Positions 25,000 to 38,690 are shown, counted from the first letter of the whole stretch. The stretch: 63,217 bases of DNA, filler included, from Octopus bimaculoides (GCF_001194135.2; 6 parts of 6 records of this genome joined end to end with filler, not necessarily neighbours in it), one strand, 5' to 3'. Notes: generated by a model from the letters alone, not told the origin. Translations and numbers: made by a program.

Positions 25000-25975
25000 T
25001 AGGTGCCAATCAAAACAATGGAAGTGGCAAAGAGTCGTTTTGGAAAATACCATATTGTGTATGGAATCCACATGATTGTAGAGTTTCTTCCTTTGTGCTT
25101 CACAAGAACACAGTGACTTTAAAGAATCTGAAATAACTGGAGAAATTTAGTGGAATCCAAGAACTAGCAGCAACAAAGACTTGAGCAATTTATTAAGCAG
25201 AAGCTTATACTGGTAGTGCTCTATTTCTATTCATCCATTTTATTTTTGCAACAGGAATTATTTTTTCCACCATAATTAAGCAGAGCTTATTTGTAAATAT
25301 TTTGTAGCATTTCAAGTCAACTAACAAGTCAGAGTTCTGCCAGTTTTGCACTAACCATTTGAGGTAACAAATGGAGTATATCCCTAATCCATCTGAAATG
25401 GCTAAGCAGGTGACTGATATCATCCTCTTAAACTTGTCCCTTCATGTCTCATATAGCTAAAGCCCACCAAATCCCTTGAAAAATTCACTCTCTCTGCAAA
25501 ATGGGTAGCTTTTACCCAGCCCTGTAAGAATATCATCCAAAAAACATAAGAATCCTTCATACATTAAAGATTGCAAATACTGCTATTTCCCAAATTGCAG
25601 CATGTTCTTCTGGTCCTTTATCATATTTGTTGAATTGTCCTTATCATTCTTTAACCAAGCTAGCCCCTAAATTGAAAGTAACCAATTCCACAGTGCCCAC
25701 ATTAGACAATAGTCCTTCTTTCTATCAGTCTCAGAAGGACATAAGTAATACATGGTGAGGAACAGCTCTGGTTACTTTGAATCAACATGGTCTCTGACCC
25801 TGTTTCTTTCATTATCTTCAAACAGTATTTCCCAGAGTTAGCTCTGACCCTCACCAAACAATTTGCTCTTTTTCTGCAGAAATATGTCTCAATCCTTAAA
25901 AAATATACCAAGAGCATCCCATTCCCAAGCAAATCGACCTCTCTGAAACTATTTGTCATTTGCTCTTACAACACC
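25000..25975 (+). mobile_element. Highly degraded CR1/Jockey-clade LINE fragment
   Basis: Fragmentary translations PSEMAKQVTDIIL and DPVSFIIFKQYFPELALTLTKQFAL...PFP resemble the region preceding the RT (GPDxIxxxVLKxxxPELAxxLxKLF...PIPK). Confidence 0.45.
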
Positions 25976-27614
25976 TGAAAGGTAATGGAGACAGTCATGT
26001 GGCATCATAGTTACACTGCCTCCTATGTATTGTATCTCATTCATGAAATCATATTTACAATCTCCTATGTGTAAGGTATATTTATACTGTATCCCATATT
26101 CTATATCCGCATGTCTAAGATTATATTAACACTAACTCACATACTTTATATCTACATGTGTAAAGTTATATTCCTAATCTACATACTTAGTCATTTGTAT
26201 GCCTTGTTTCTCAATGTCTGATAGAGAGTTTTATAATAATTGGATTTCAAGAAATCAAAATTGAAATTACAAAGTTCTAATCTTCAATCCAGTTTGAAAG
26301 TCTATGAGAATGTGTCCAAAGTTGTCGTCTGTAGCTTCCTGATGAAAACAATTATTCCCAAGCTTTTTTTCTTTCTTCTGTTAAGTAAAATAGCTCTCAG
26401 TCAGTTTCAATGATGAGGATTTAGGTGTTCAATCAACTGAGCTCTCAGCTCATTGAATTCACATGTATGTGGCTGAGTATTCCACAAACATGTGTACCTT
26501 TAAGTGTAATCTTCAGTTACGACCAGTGTAACAAGGCTGTATCTTTGAATTGCAGATAGAATCCATTCAGAAGACTTCAATACAATTTCTAACTGCCAAG
26601 TTTCACTTACAAGTCTTAGGTCAACCGAAGCAAAATTAAAAGACAGTTGCCTAATATCCATGCAAAAGAATGAAACTCAGGACCTCATGGTTTCAAAGCA
26701 AACATTTTAACTTGTCAGCCATACTTTGCCCGCAATTTTTTTCTTGCTTTACATCTAAATATACTTTAGTTGCTTTCTAATGATTTAATGATTAAGTACT
26801 CTCTCACTTGTATAACTATTTACCATTTAGATAACACTCCACACAATTTTGTCAATATTTCTTTGACTCAAACAAATGTAAACCTACATGGTTGGCATAC
26901 AAACATGACAAATTTACTACTCCCAGAGAAATAAGCAGCTAATCTGTTTATATACACATCAAATCTAGTAGGTTCAGAAAACTAGGACTACTAATTTGCA
27001 AACTCAACTTATTTCTGTCTCAGCTCTCTCTTATTCATTATTCAAAGAACCCAACATTTTGAAAGTTTGTAATAATCTTATTTATTAATTTCCTCATCTC
27101 AACATCATCTGTATTTTCCCTCAGATTTTCTGTTCATCATCCCAGACAGGATATCTTAAAATCCTACAAATTGATATACTTCAATCATTTCATAGTCAAC
27201 AAACATCTGTACCTGTTCACTACTGGCAAGATTTATGGAGAAATCAATGCTTGTATTGGCCCAAATCTACAAATCTAACAGATCCATAATGAAACATGTC
27301 CCAGCTGTGACACACACAAATATATTCTAAGACTACATTTTGTATCTTTCCTTTGAGAGGTTTGGTTGATAAATCTAGTACTTTGTGAGATTGTCTAGAT
27401 ACTCTTTCATTGGTTCATACAAATCAACATTGCTTTTTTACTTCTGTAGTCAGACATCAATTGTCCTATGTATTGATTATGAAATCTATTGCCAACACAG
27501 TTTCTGAACTCTGCAACAGTTTGCTATTCCCTTTACTATCAACAACCAGACATTTGCTGTAGATTGTTTATACTGTGGAGGATAAAGGTGGTTGGTCTTG
27601 TCTTACTAAGATGG

Positions 27615-27860
27615 GATAAGTAGCCCATGGGTTAGTAGCCCGCACTCTTAACTCCAAGATTCCGAGTTCGATTCCAGGCAGTGACCTGAATAATAATAAC
27701 ATCGAAAAATACCTTAGGAATGAGAACCCAGGTTCGAAATTTCCCCAAGGAAGGCTGGAGGGTATATCAGCTGAAATGTTGTGTTAACAACAAACAAGAT
27801 GAGGACAAATATCTGTCAAATGTAAATAATGTACATAATTCCTCATCTCTTAAATATAGA
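27615..27860 (+). mobile_element. tRNA-headed SINE with an AT-rich 3' body
   Basis: A-box-like TAGCCCATGGGTTAG and B-box GAGTTCGATTCC, followed by a non-tRNA body. Confidence 0.6.
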
Positions 27861-28772
27861 ACAGTGGAAATCATATTGAAGATGTTATTTGTTAATGTTC
27901 TAACTGAATAAAATGTGGCTGATAATTTTACATGTATTTCTTGAAAATATACATTTTGCCTGTGTCCAGACTTTAGGGACACCCTGTGTATTAAATAGTC
28001 CCTTCTACCACCATAGCTGCCTACACCCTATTCTACATTTAACACTCCTCTTCTGCCACTATTATAACTAGTCTATCAACCTATTCTATATTAAACACTG
28101 TCACTTCTACATTTATTGTTGCTGTAGTAACACCAGGTCAGTCCTCATCCAAAAGTATTTTTGCAGTGTCCATCCCATCAATTTTTCTGCAGAATTATCA
28201 AATATCTTTCCTTTTTGGAATAATGTGTTATATGGAGACATGGCTGAAATTCCTAACAAGGTGAGTGACACTGACTACCAGAGACTTCTAAGTTCCATAA
28301 TAATTCAATTTTAATTATAACCTTTTACATGTTTCTCAAATTTTCTTCAGCAGATTTAGTGACCCACAACACTTCAACAAGATTGTTTATGCATGTTAGT
28401 TGAATCTGTTGGAAATATTTGGTTAAGGAAAAAGTTCATGCACCATATTAAAACAATGCTTTTTTATATATTTTTGTGGTATGTGTGTTCATTCGATTCA
28501 TGTCATGTTCAAAGGTGACTCACAGCACATGAACTTTTTCCTCAACCTAGTAGTAGGCAAACATCTCACAAACTACACCCTACAGTTTTAAAAGTACATT
28601 ATAATATAGTCTAGAGTATTCTATTACCACAAATATGATGAGGTGGAAGAGCTTTGATCATAAGTGTGCTCATTGAGAGCTGGCAACTCAGGATTTAACA
28701 ACATCTAGTTCTAATAGAATTCCTTCTCATAAACACTGCAGTCTACATCACTTTATTTATTATTATTATTGA

Positions 28773-28975
28773 TAGGCAGTGAGATGGCAGAATTGTTAGC
28801 ACACTGGGAAAAATGCTTAGTGGTATTTCATCTGTCTTTATGTTCTGAGTTCAACTTTGCCTTTCATCCTTTCAGGGTCAATAAATTAAGTAGCAGTCAA
28901 GTACTGGGGTCAATGTGATCGACTTTCCTTCTCCCCAAAAATTTCGGGCATTGTGCCTATAGTAGAAAATATTAT
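28773..28975 (+). mobile_element. tRNA-derived SINE, Nin-domain type
   Basis: GGCAGTGAGATGGCAGAATTGTTAGC...GAGTTCAA...CCTTTCATCCTTTCAGGGTCAATAAA; sister copy at 32940-33150. Confidence 0.75.
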
Positions 28976-29278
28976 TATTGATGATGATGTTTAAGAGCAG
29001 AGGGAGGCAGAGATTCATAGCAAGTAATATTGCCATCATCATCATCATCATCATCATCGTTTAACGTCCGCTTTCCATGCTAGCATGGGTTGGACGATTT
29101 GACTGAGGACTGGTGAAACCGGATGGCAACACCAGGCTCCAGTCTGATTTGGCAGAGTTTCTACAGCTGGATGCCCTTCCTAACGCCAACCACTCAGAGA
29201 GTGTAGTGGGTGCTTTTACGTGTCACCCGCACGANNNNNNNNNNNNNNNNNNNNNNNNNNNNNNNNNNNNNNNNNNNN

Positions 29279-29290
29279 TTAATTAATTAA
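29279..29290. other. Artificial scaffold linker TTAATTAATTAA (also at 48422, 56452, 59164, 61975)
   Basis: Identical 12-mer centred in N runs five times; it encodes stops in all six frames. Confidence 0.9.
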
Positions 29291-29754
29291 NNNNNNNNNN
29301 NNNNNNNNNNNNNNNNNNNNNNNNNNNNNNNNNNAGTGGACGGAGGAAGGAACATCGATGCAATAGAAGGGAATTTCTGCTCGTGCTGTTACATTTGAGT
29401 TTGGCGTAGTTCTTGGTTCCGATTTCAAATTGTCTGCATAGAATGGCTTTTTTCTCCTGCATATAGGGAGGGAGGGAGGGAGGGAGAGAAGTGAGAAGGT
29501 AAACAGGTGGGTAATATGTATATATGCGTATACACTCACACACATATATACATATACATATTTATATATACATGTATATAGACATACACAAACACACACA
29601 CAAACACACATACATAGATTTATATAAAGACACACATTAAAGTGCACGTGCACATACATATATGCATAGTCATACATAGGCACCTAAGAAACTTTGCGAA
29701 AGCATCGTACTTGTTACCAAGTCATCCCAAATTCCAACTGCTGGCTATAATGTG

Positions 29755-29786
<32 letters not shown>

Positions 29787-29818
29787 CGTACGTGTGTACA
29801 CATACATACATACATACA

Positions 29819-29880
<62 letters not shown>

Positions 29881-30344
29881 TAAACATTTATACATATGCA
29901 TACATATATATCTATATGGCGGCACACTGGAGATTATTATGAAAAAATTACTGGCACATTTCTCGTAGAAAGTGAAACAATGATGTATGTATGTATTGCA
30001 TGCGCGTGCTTATAATTATATGCAAAAGTGAAACGCGCCACTAGTAATAATACGAATATAAGAACAAATAAAAAAAAAACGATCGCGGTCCGATGGGAGA
30101 TGTTTGGCTGGCTTTCATTATCTAAACATTTAATCGCCTTCGCTAAACCTTCTGTTTTATGTAAACATATCTACTCCACCACAATCACTCCTACCTTAAC
30201 AAACAATAAACAAACACTGAGAGAAAACAAGCGCTCCTGCAATATAACGGACTTAAAACATGAAGACGCGTGTGCCAAGTTAAAGCTTCGTTTAGTCGTT
30301 ATTCGGATTTTCTAGTTTTTATTTGTATTTATTCATATATTGCC

Positions 30345-30775
30345 GAGGCAGAAGCATAGGTTTCGAACCACTTGGTCTAGGGGTTCAGTCCCACTGCATG
30401 GTAATATGGGGTAGTACAGTGTCTTCTACTATAGCCCAGCCGTTCAAATACCTTCTATGTGAACATGGTAGACGGGAACTGTTAGGATGCTCGTCGCATA
30501 TATATATATATATATATATATATGCGTGAGTATGTTTATGTATTCATGTATGCATGTATCTCTGCGTTTATGTCGTGTTTATCCCCCACCGCAGCTAGAA
30601 ACCAGTGTTGGTTTGTATACGTCCCTATAACATAGTGGCTCTGCAAACGAGAACGATTGAATAAATACCAGATTTGAAAATAAGTACGCGTGTCAATTTG
30701 TTCGATTAGGCCCTTTTAGTCAATGTCCCAGCATGGCCGCAGTCCAATGATTTAAAGAAGTACATGAAAAAGATG
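30345..30775 (+). mobile_element. CORE-type SINE, near full length with central microsatellite
   Basis: GGGTTCAGTCCCACTGC head, GTCTTCTACTATAGCCC core, CCAGCATGGCCGCAGTC 3' end. Confidence 0.8.
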
Positions 30776-32814
30776 TCTCCTCACATAGTTTCTGGCAAGT
30801 TTCATTGGTTTTGATCCCGATTCAAATAAGCTATCAATCGTGAGTGTACTTGACCTCACAGTTTCTTGTAAGCACTTCTGCAAGCGAACTCGGCTCAAGC
30901 GGAACAGCGTCACAAGTGAACTTGACCCTGCAGTTGATCGCGAGCTCCAGTGCTGTTGATCTCATCTCACAAGAAACATCGCTGCCAGTGAACTTGTCCT
31001 CACAGTTTTAAAATTTAATGTACTAGAGCTGAGATAATTTCTGAGCTGATTATTTATCTAAAATAGAATGTCATAATTGCTGCTCCTGTTTGAGATATGG
31101 CCGCCAGAAGGAGCTACTTGACGGTATCGTTGTAACAGTTTGTGATGAAGTGGCTTAGCGTAATACAGGAAACCACTGGCTGTGACAGGCGAGTACTAAG
31201 CTGTAAATCGTATATGTGTGGAAGGAGGGAAGGAGAGAGGTAGGGTGGCAGAGAGATAGGGGAATATATACAGAGGGAAAGAGAGAGACAGAGTGAGGCA
31301 TGTGTAGAGAGAAAGGTTTTGTGTATAGGAGACATTAGGGGGAGACAAAGAGAAGGAAGGTAGAGAGATAGAGTGAAAAACATATAAAGAAAAAGAGAGA
31401 GGGGGAGAGAGAGAACGTGAGACAGAAGTGCAGAAAGTGAGAGAGAGAAGAAGAGAGAGAGAGCAACAAAGAGAGACAGAGAGAAGGACAGATATATATA
31501 TGNNNNNNNNNNNNNNNNNNNNNNNNNNNNNNNNNNNNNNNNNNNNNNNNNNNNNNNNNNNNNNNNNNNNNNNNNNNNNNNNNNNNNNNNNNNNNNNNNN
31601 NNNNNNNNNNNNNNNNNNNNNNNNNNNNNNNNNNNNNNNNNNNNNNNNNNNNNNNNNNNNNNNNNNNNNNNNNNNNNNNNNNNNNNNNNNNNNNNNNNNN
31701 NNNNNNNNNNNNNNNNNNNNNNNNNNNNNNNNNNNNNNNNNNNNNNNNNNNNNNNNNNNNNNNNNNNNNNNNNNNNNNNNNNNNNNNNNNNNNNNNNNNN
31801 NNNNNNNNNNNNNNNNNNNNNNNNNNNNNNNNNNNNNNNNNNNNNNNNNNNNNNNNNNNNNNNNNNNNNNNNNNNNNNATATATATATATATATATACAT
31901 ATATATATGTATTAACGTGTGCGTGTGTGGGTGTGTGTGTGTGTGTTTGAGTGTCGTTCTGAGATGACAATCTCAGAAGTATGTTCCAATTACATATAAT
32001 CTTAAAATGGCGATTCTGTTTCATAACATATTTAGAACAACTGCGTCGTCGGGAAATGTGGAAGATCAGAACGACGTCTGTAAGATTTAATTAGTGTTCC
32101 AAGGAAGATGTAGAGAATGTCTCGTAATTGTTGATTTCCTTAGTAAAGTGGAGCTAATAAGATAGTAAACATTGGTGTGTAGCTTCTATAGTACAAGCCA
32201 CCCAAGGAGCCTCTAGGTGGTCACTAAACATCCTAAAAATAGCAGCCGGGTTTTCATCAAATTATACGCTACGTCATAAAAAAAAAATAGAGGGACACGT
32301 TAGATAATGTGCTTGTAGGTATACAATGAACGAGGAAAGATCGATTTGTGTTGGATGAAATGGAATATCGTTGACTACAATTGCGGTGAATTATGACTGA
32401 TCTTAGGCTAAGATATGACCAACATGAATAATGACAGCAATAATAAAACTTCAGTATTTCTACAAATAGATTGTTGTGTTAGTTCTGTACAAGTTCTGCT
32501 GGTTTTTGTCCTGTTTTAGACACTTTGTGACGAGTTGTAGTGCAAGCAAGAGCTTAATCGAAGAGGCCAACGAGATAGAGCCTTTACGTGGTCGCTCTAC
32601 TCGCTAGAAATAATGGCCAAATATCTTTCAAATCACATCTTATCATCTTAAAAATGTAAGAAGGACACAATGGATGCAGCTGTGGTTATAATGCGTCTGG
32701 AGTGGGATGGAGGTGGGGAAGAGAGCGAAGTCAAGTTTGGAATGCTTTTGACTATAATCATAGGCTTGATCGATCAAAGCTGATGATCTAGAGTTAAAAA
32801 CAACAACAACAACA

Positions 32815-32861
<47 letters not shown>

Positions 32862-32939
32862 CTCTTGCACCTTTATAAGAAATTGTTGTCATCATCATCG
32901 TCATCGTCATCATCGTCGTCGTTGTTATTAACATTATTA

Positions 32940-33150
32940 AGTGGGTAAGCTGGCGGAATCGTTAGCTCATCGTACAAAATGCTTAGCAGCATTCCATCCG
33001 TCTTTACGTTCGGAGTTCAAATTCCACCGAGGTCGATTCTGCCTTTCATCCTTTCAGGATCGATAAAATAAGTAGCAGTAGAGCACTGGGCGATGTAATC
33101 GACTTAACCCCTCCCTCTAAATTGCTGGCCTGGTACCAAAATTTGAAATG
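32940..33150 (+). mobile_element. tRNA-derived SINE, Nin-domain type
   Basis: GCTGGCGGAATCGTTAGC...GGAGTTCAAATTCCACCGAGGTCGA...CCTTTCATCCTTTCAGGATCGATAAAATAAGTA. Confidence 0.8.
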
Positions 33151-33675
33151 AATATTAGAAATGATTTCGTAAAATATAAAATGTGTGTTGGAAATTTGGT
33201 ATGTTTATTTATTCCTTAGGTTAATTTTTGCTTATTTTGTGTAATATTGACGAAATATACTCCTATACAACTTCCGGATATTTAGAAGGAGTAATTATAT
33301 TTCCCTGTGGTTAGATGGAGGAAGTGATATTTCGAGAAGGTCTCCTCTTCCCACCGGAAAAGAAAGTCATACGTCCCTAGCACAATATTTGCAATGACCT
33401 GTTTAGGAATTTTATATTCACGAAAGTTTAATCAGGCGGAGAAAGTTAAGATGGCTATGCAACGAAGTTTAACGGTAGAAGGAATTTGAAAAAATACCTG
33501 AAGGTTAATATCACCATCATTACTATGACTGGAGACGTTTGTGATGAAACATTTAAGCTATAAACATAATTTATTCTGGAAAACGAGAGAAATAAACTGT
33601 TTATCACAAGACTGTACTAAATGGCCTTTTCACTTCATTAACTTGTATCAACACTAAATTCCAAATATTCCAACT

Positions 33676-33717
<42 letters not shown>

Positions 33718-34065
33718 CCACACACATGTATGTATGTGTAAATATACTTACATGAATGTATCTATATGTGTGTATGTGTACGTGTGTTTGTATGTGTGTG
33801 AATAATTTGCGTAAATGAAGGACAAAGATAGACCTGAAAGAGGATAAATATTTATGCATTGCAAGTGAATTTACACAAAGTCAAAGAACACACAGCACGA
33901 AGAATCAGAAAGCAAGGAACCAGCGTCTGTGGTTATTTCCTTTGAGCTTGCATCCATTTTTATCTAAAAACACGCACATGCACGCACATACACACACGCG
34001 CACGCACGCACTCACACACGCACGCACACATATATGTATATCATATCTTTATATGCATATATCTA

Positions 34066-34102
<37 letters not shown>

Positions 34103-34169
34103 GCATATATATATATATTTATATCGACATATAAGCATTATGTATTACACATACATACGTGTATGTATA

Positions 34170-34215
<46 letters not shown>

Positions 34216-35039
34216 CATATACAAACATATGTGTGTGTGTGTATGTTGGCTTTGCAGTCATGAAACACTGCGCTCAAACTCACAGACTCACAGATGCAGT
34301 CACACAGTCATACACACACAAACACATACACACGAACACATACACAGGCGCACACAGACACACACGCAAACGCACGCACGCCCACACACACACACTCCAT
34401 CTCTCATATATGCACATGAATACCCATGTATTTCTTTAATCTTTAATCACCAGAAACTCCAAAATAACTCAAGAGTCGAGAGTTTCGTGTCTGGCACTCA
34501 TCAAACAGGTATTAGATCTGAGAGTCTGCCTTTATTCAGTTTGACTAACGATGATAATTACGATGATAATTATCGTTAGACTACTCGTGAAAAAAAAAAA
34601 TTCCAATCTGAAGGTCACGCAAATAATTATATTTTTTCAAGTATTCTAATTCTTATAAATGAATAAATAAGTAAAAGATTAAAAATTGATAAGAGAAATG
34701 AAATGAGAGGAGAAAGCAAACGCACATACACATGTCTGGAAGTAATTATGCGTCCTGCTAGACACCAATATGTTCTATAAATAACATGCTCTATATGTAC
34801 ATGAATATGAGATATATTCGTATGAAGGTCCATAACTTTCTGATATCAAAAGTTTCACATGTTACATACACAATCATCAGTAGAGGAAGAGAGGCCTTAT
34901 TCTCATATATATTCTCATATACAGCTCACTGTAATGTATATTTTGTAATCGAAACGAAACTGAGAAATCTGAACTATCGAACATATGTGAAATATGCGCA
35001 TGTTCAGTACACTTTCCTGAATAACCATGAATGTATTGA

Positions 35040-36170
35040 CATTATATTCCAGGTTGATTTAAAAGACTTTTCGGATTTTCATCGGTGATTTTTGGTAAAT
35101 TGTATCTCTATGTTATATCATTAATTGATAAAACTTGTCCAAGCGTTGCTGGATTGTTGATTCTCTAGTTTCATATATAACAAATAAACATTAATTGTTC
35201 GTTCTTTATTTTACAGTTTTCGTAATGAGCGGGGAAAATATAACAATTAGAGTTATTTTACGCTACATGTGGGAAAGAGAGACTGGGGGCAATAATTGTA
35301 TCAGCAAAAGAAATTAACGATGCGGAAAGGCCCAAGAATTGCTAACGAACGTGCAGCACAGAACTGGTTCAGATGTTTCAAGGAAGGTGACAAACCAAGG
35401 TCAGAGCGATTTTCTGTTGTGGGAGATGTGGCCTTGCTTGAAATTGTTGAATAACAGACAGGTACAAGCACTCGTACATTCTCAGCAGAACTTGGTCCTT
35501 CACAAAGCACCATCAATCCACTGCTCCATTAGCTCGGCCTTGTAAACAGACGCTGTCGAGAAGTTCCTCATAAACTGACCAATGACCAAAGCCTAACAAC
35601 GTTTGAATATTTGCTAGCAATTGCTGACAAATCCTCGAAATGTCGGTTTTTCGCATCGAATTGTAACTGGGGATCAAAAAACAAGAAAATGAATCTATGT
35701 TCGTAATCCTAATAAGAGAAATCAGTGCCTTCGTTCCGGACAGGCTTCAGAACCTGTTGTCAAACAAGGACGGTTTGAACAGAAGGTTGTGCTATGTTTT
35801 TGGTGGAATTTCGAGGGCCTGCTGCATTTTGAGCTTGTTTCAGATGGTCATGCTGCGAATGTTAACCTTTACGTTCAACAACTGCAGCAAGTATATAATG
35901 CTTTGAAAGCCCTCTACCTGGCGTTGGTCAATCGAGAACACGCACTCCTAGGGCATGACGATTCTCCAGCACACACTACCAATGTGACCAAGCACAGATT
36001 TGAGGAACTTGAGAGGCTGGAAGTGATGCCTCCGCCTGCTTTCAGTCCAGACCTTGAACCATCAGATTATCACTTTTGGCGAGCCATGGCTCACTTCCTG
36101 TGTGGACGGAGGTTCAATAATGTGGATGATGTTGAAAACGGGTGCAGGGAGTTTTTACCCCCTAAACTAA
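35040..36170 (+). mobile_element. Mariner (DD34D-type) transposase pseudogene, 3' end truncated by a SINE
   Basis: Motifs AQNWFRCFKEGD, EVPHKL (WVPHEL), IVTGD, LCFWWN, HDDSPAH and FSPDLEPSDYH (YSPDLAPSDY), with stops and frameshifts. Confidence 0.92.
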
Positions 36171-36171
36171 G

Positions 36172-36446
36172 GTGCCACGCGGGGGACTGAACCCGGAACC
36201 ATGTGGTTGGTAAGCAAGCTACTTACCACACAGCCACTCCTGCACCTAAGTTTAAGTTACATGTATGGCGTGGCTGTGTGGTAAGTAGCTTGTTTCTCAA
36301 CCACGTGGTTCCGGGTTCAGTCCCACTGCGTGGCACCTTGGGCAAGTGTCTTCTACTATAGCCTCGGGCTGACCAAAGCTTTGTGAGTGGATTTGGTAAA
36401 CGGAAACTGAAAGAAGCCAGTCGTATATATGTATATATATATATAA

Positions 36447-36490
<44 letters not shown>

Positions 36491-36510
36491 CACACCACCG
36501 TCGCTTGACA
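36172..36510. mobile_element. Two CORE-type SINEs head to head (36172-36245 minus, 36267-36510 plus)
   Basis: Both 5' tRNA-like heads are present in opposite orientation about 25-35 bp apart. Confidence 0.85.
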
Positions 36511-36698
36511 NNNNNNNNNNNNNNNNNNNNNNNNNNNNNNNNNNNNNNNNNNNNNNNNNNNNNNNNNNNNNNNNNNNNNNNNNNNNNNNNNNNNNNNNNN
36601 NNNNNNNNNNNNNNNNNNTATTTATTTACATATATATTTATTTATTTATTTATTGGGGGAATGAGTGTTCGTGTATCCGCACACACTCACACTCAGAT

Positions 36699-36729
<31 letters not shown>

Positions 36730-38215
36730 CACATACACACACACACACATACGCATACACACTCACATATCAAAGAAGCGCCGTTTTGGTAGACAAAATA
36801 ATCAATGCTTATTGGAATTAAAAACTACCAATATTAATTATCAAACAGGAAAGACCAAACCAAACCGAACCAAACTCAATGATTTCCAATTCATTCTACA
36901 AATTTTAATTCAATACTTAACAGCGAAATATATAATTTAGTAAATGCTTAATATTTTGATGTGAGACAATAAAAAATTCTTCAGCTGCCTTTTATGTCTA
37001 TATTTCATACGTAAACTAAACGAAACGCTGTTAATCAAACACGCCCGTAGTCAGCTATTTTTAATACAAAAACTAGAATTAGAACAGAAGCAGAAAATCT
37101 ATGCTTGCCTTGTCATTAAAATGTGAGCAACAGACGGCTGTGTGGGGGGTTATAATGCATGCGTTTGGTCGGTATAAAGTGTGTACTTTATACGTGTGTA
37201 GTGCTGATTAAAATTAGTCTATTAGAAATGTTATTCAATGTAACTGTATAAAATAAAGACACTATCTATCTATCTATCTATCTCTTTTCCTCTTTTATTT
37301 GTTTCAGTCATTTGACTGTGGCCATGCTGGAGCACCGCCTTTTAGTCGAGCAAATCGACCCCAGGACTTATTCTTTGTAAGCCTAGTACTTATTCTATCG
37401 GTCTCTTTTGCCGAACCGTTAAGTCACGGGGACGTAAACACACCANNNNNNNNNNNNNNNNNNNNNNNNNNNNNNNNNNNNNNNNNNNNNNNNNNNNNNN
37501 NNNNNNNNNNNNNNNNNNNNNNNNNNNNNNNNNNNNNNNNNNNNNNNNNNNNNNNNNNNNNNNNNNNNNNNNNNNNNNNNNNNNNNNNNNNNNNNNNNNN
37601 NNNNNNNNNNNNNNNNNNNNNNNNNNNNNNNNNNNNNNNNNNNNNNNNNNNNNNNNNNNNNNNNNNNNNNNNNNNNNNNNNNNNNNNNNNNNNNNNNNNN
37701 NNNNNNNNNNNNNNNNNNNNNNNNNNNNNNNNNNNNNNNNNNNNNNNNNNNNNNNNNNNNNNNNNNNNNNNNNNNNNNNNNNNNNNNNNNNNNNNNNNNN
37801 NNNNNNNNNNNNNNNNNNNNNNNNNNNNNNNNNNNNNNNNNNNNNNNNNNNNNNNNNNNNNNNNNNNNNNNNNNNNNNNNNNNNNNNNNNNNNNNNNNNN
37901 NNNNNNNNNNNNNNNNNNNNNNNNNNNNNNNNNNNNNNNNNNNNNNNNNNNNNNNNNNNNNNNNNNNNNNNNNNNNNNNNNNNNNNNNNNNNNNNNNNNN
38001 NNNNNNNNNNNNNNNNNNNNNNNNNNNNNNNNNNNNNNNNNNNNNNNNNNNNNNNNNNNNNNNNNNNNNNNNNNNNNNNNNNNNNNNNNNNNNNNNNNNN
38101 NNNNNNNNACACACACACACACACACACACACACATGCACGCACACACACACACACATGCACGCACACACACATGCACGCACACACGCACACATGCACGC
38201 ACACACACATACATG

Positions 38216-38250
<35 letters not shown>

Positions 38251-38504
38251 AAGTATTTTCTTACATATTTTCTCTTGGTGATAACATTTGTTGATATTTA
38301 ACTTTATTAACGCCTGTTGCCTACCCTGAGTTTTTAACCATAACACAAATCTTGCATCTATACATACTGTTCTGTTTATATAACCGTCTTTTATTTATAT
38401 ACAATATATATAAATTTATGTGTCTGTGTATAAAAGATGTGTGTATTTATTTGTAGTACACACACACACACACACACACATACACAAGATCAAAGCTCCT
38501 TCCC

Positions 38505-38690
38505 GAGCCATGGGCTCATAAGGACCGGTTTCCCGAATTCAATGGCGTGTATACTCTCCCCCTGGACGGGACGCCGGTCCATTCCAGAATTACTCATTTT
38601 TGACAGCTGGGCGGACTAGAGTAACGTGAAATAAAGTGTTTTGCCCAAGAATACAATGCATCGTTGCTCCAGGAATCGAAAACCACTAAG
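38505..38690 (-). mobile_element. tRNA-derived SINE with a V-SINE-like central domain
   Basis: Reverse complement: GGTTTTCGATTCCTGG...CTTGGGCAAAACACTTTATTTC...GATGGACCGGCGTCCCGTCCAGGGG-like segment; a related head lies at 1760-1890(+). Confidence 0.6.

Noticed and set aside
27620-27680. tRNA gene calls at SINE heads (also 1760, 36270, 61770)
   Set aside because: A/B boxes are present but there is no cloverleaf or acceptor stem, and each continues into a SINE body.
30843-31008. CRISPR array interpretation of the 72-bp periodic motif
   Set aside because: Eukaryotic context, only three imperfect repeats, no cas genes, and the spacers contain degenerate echoes of the repeat.
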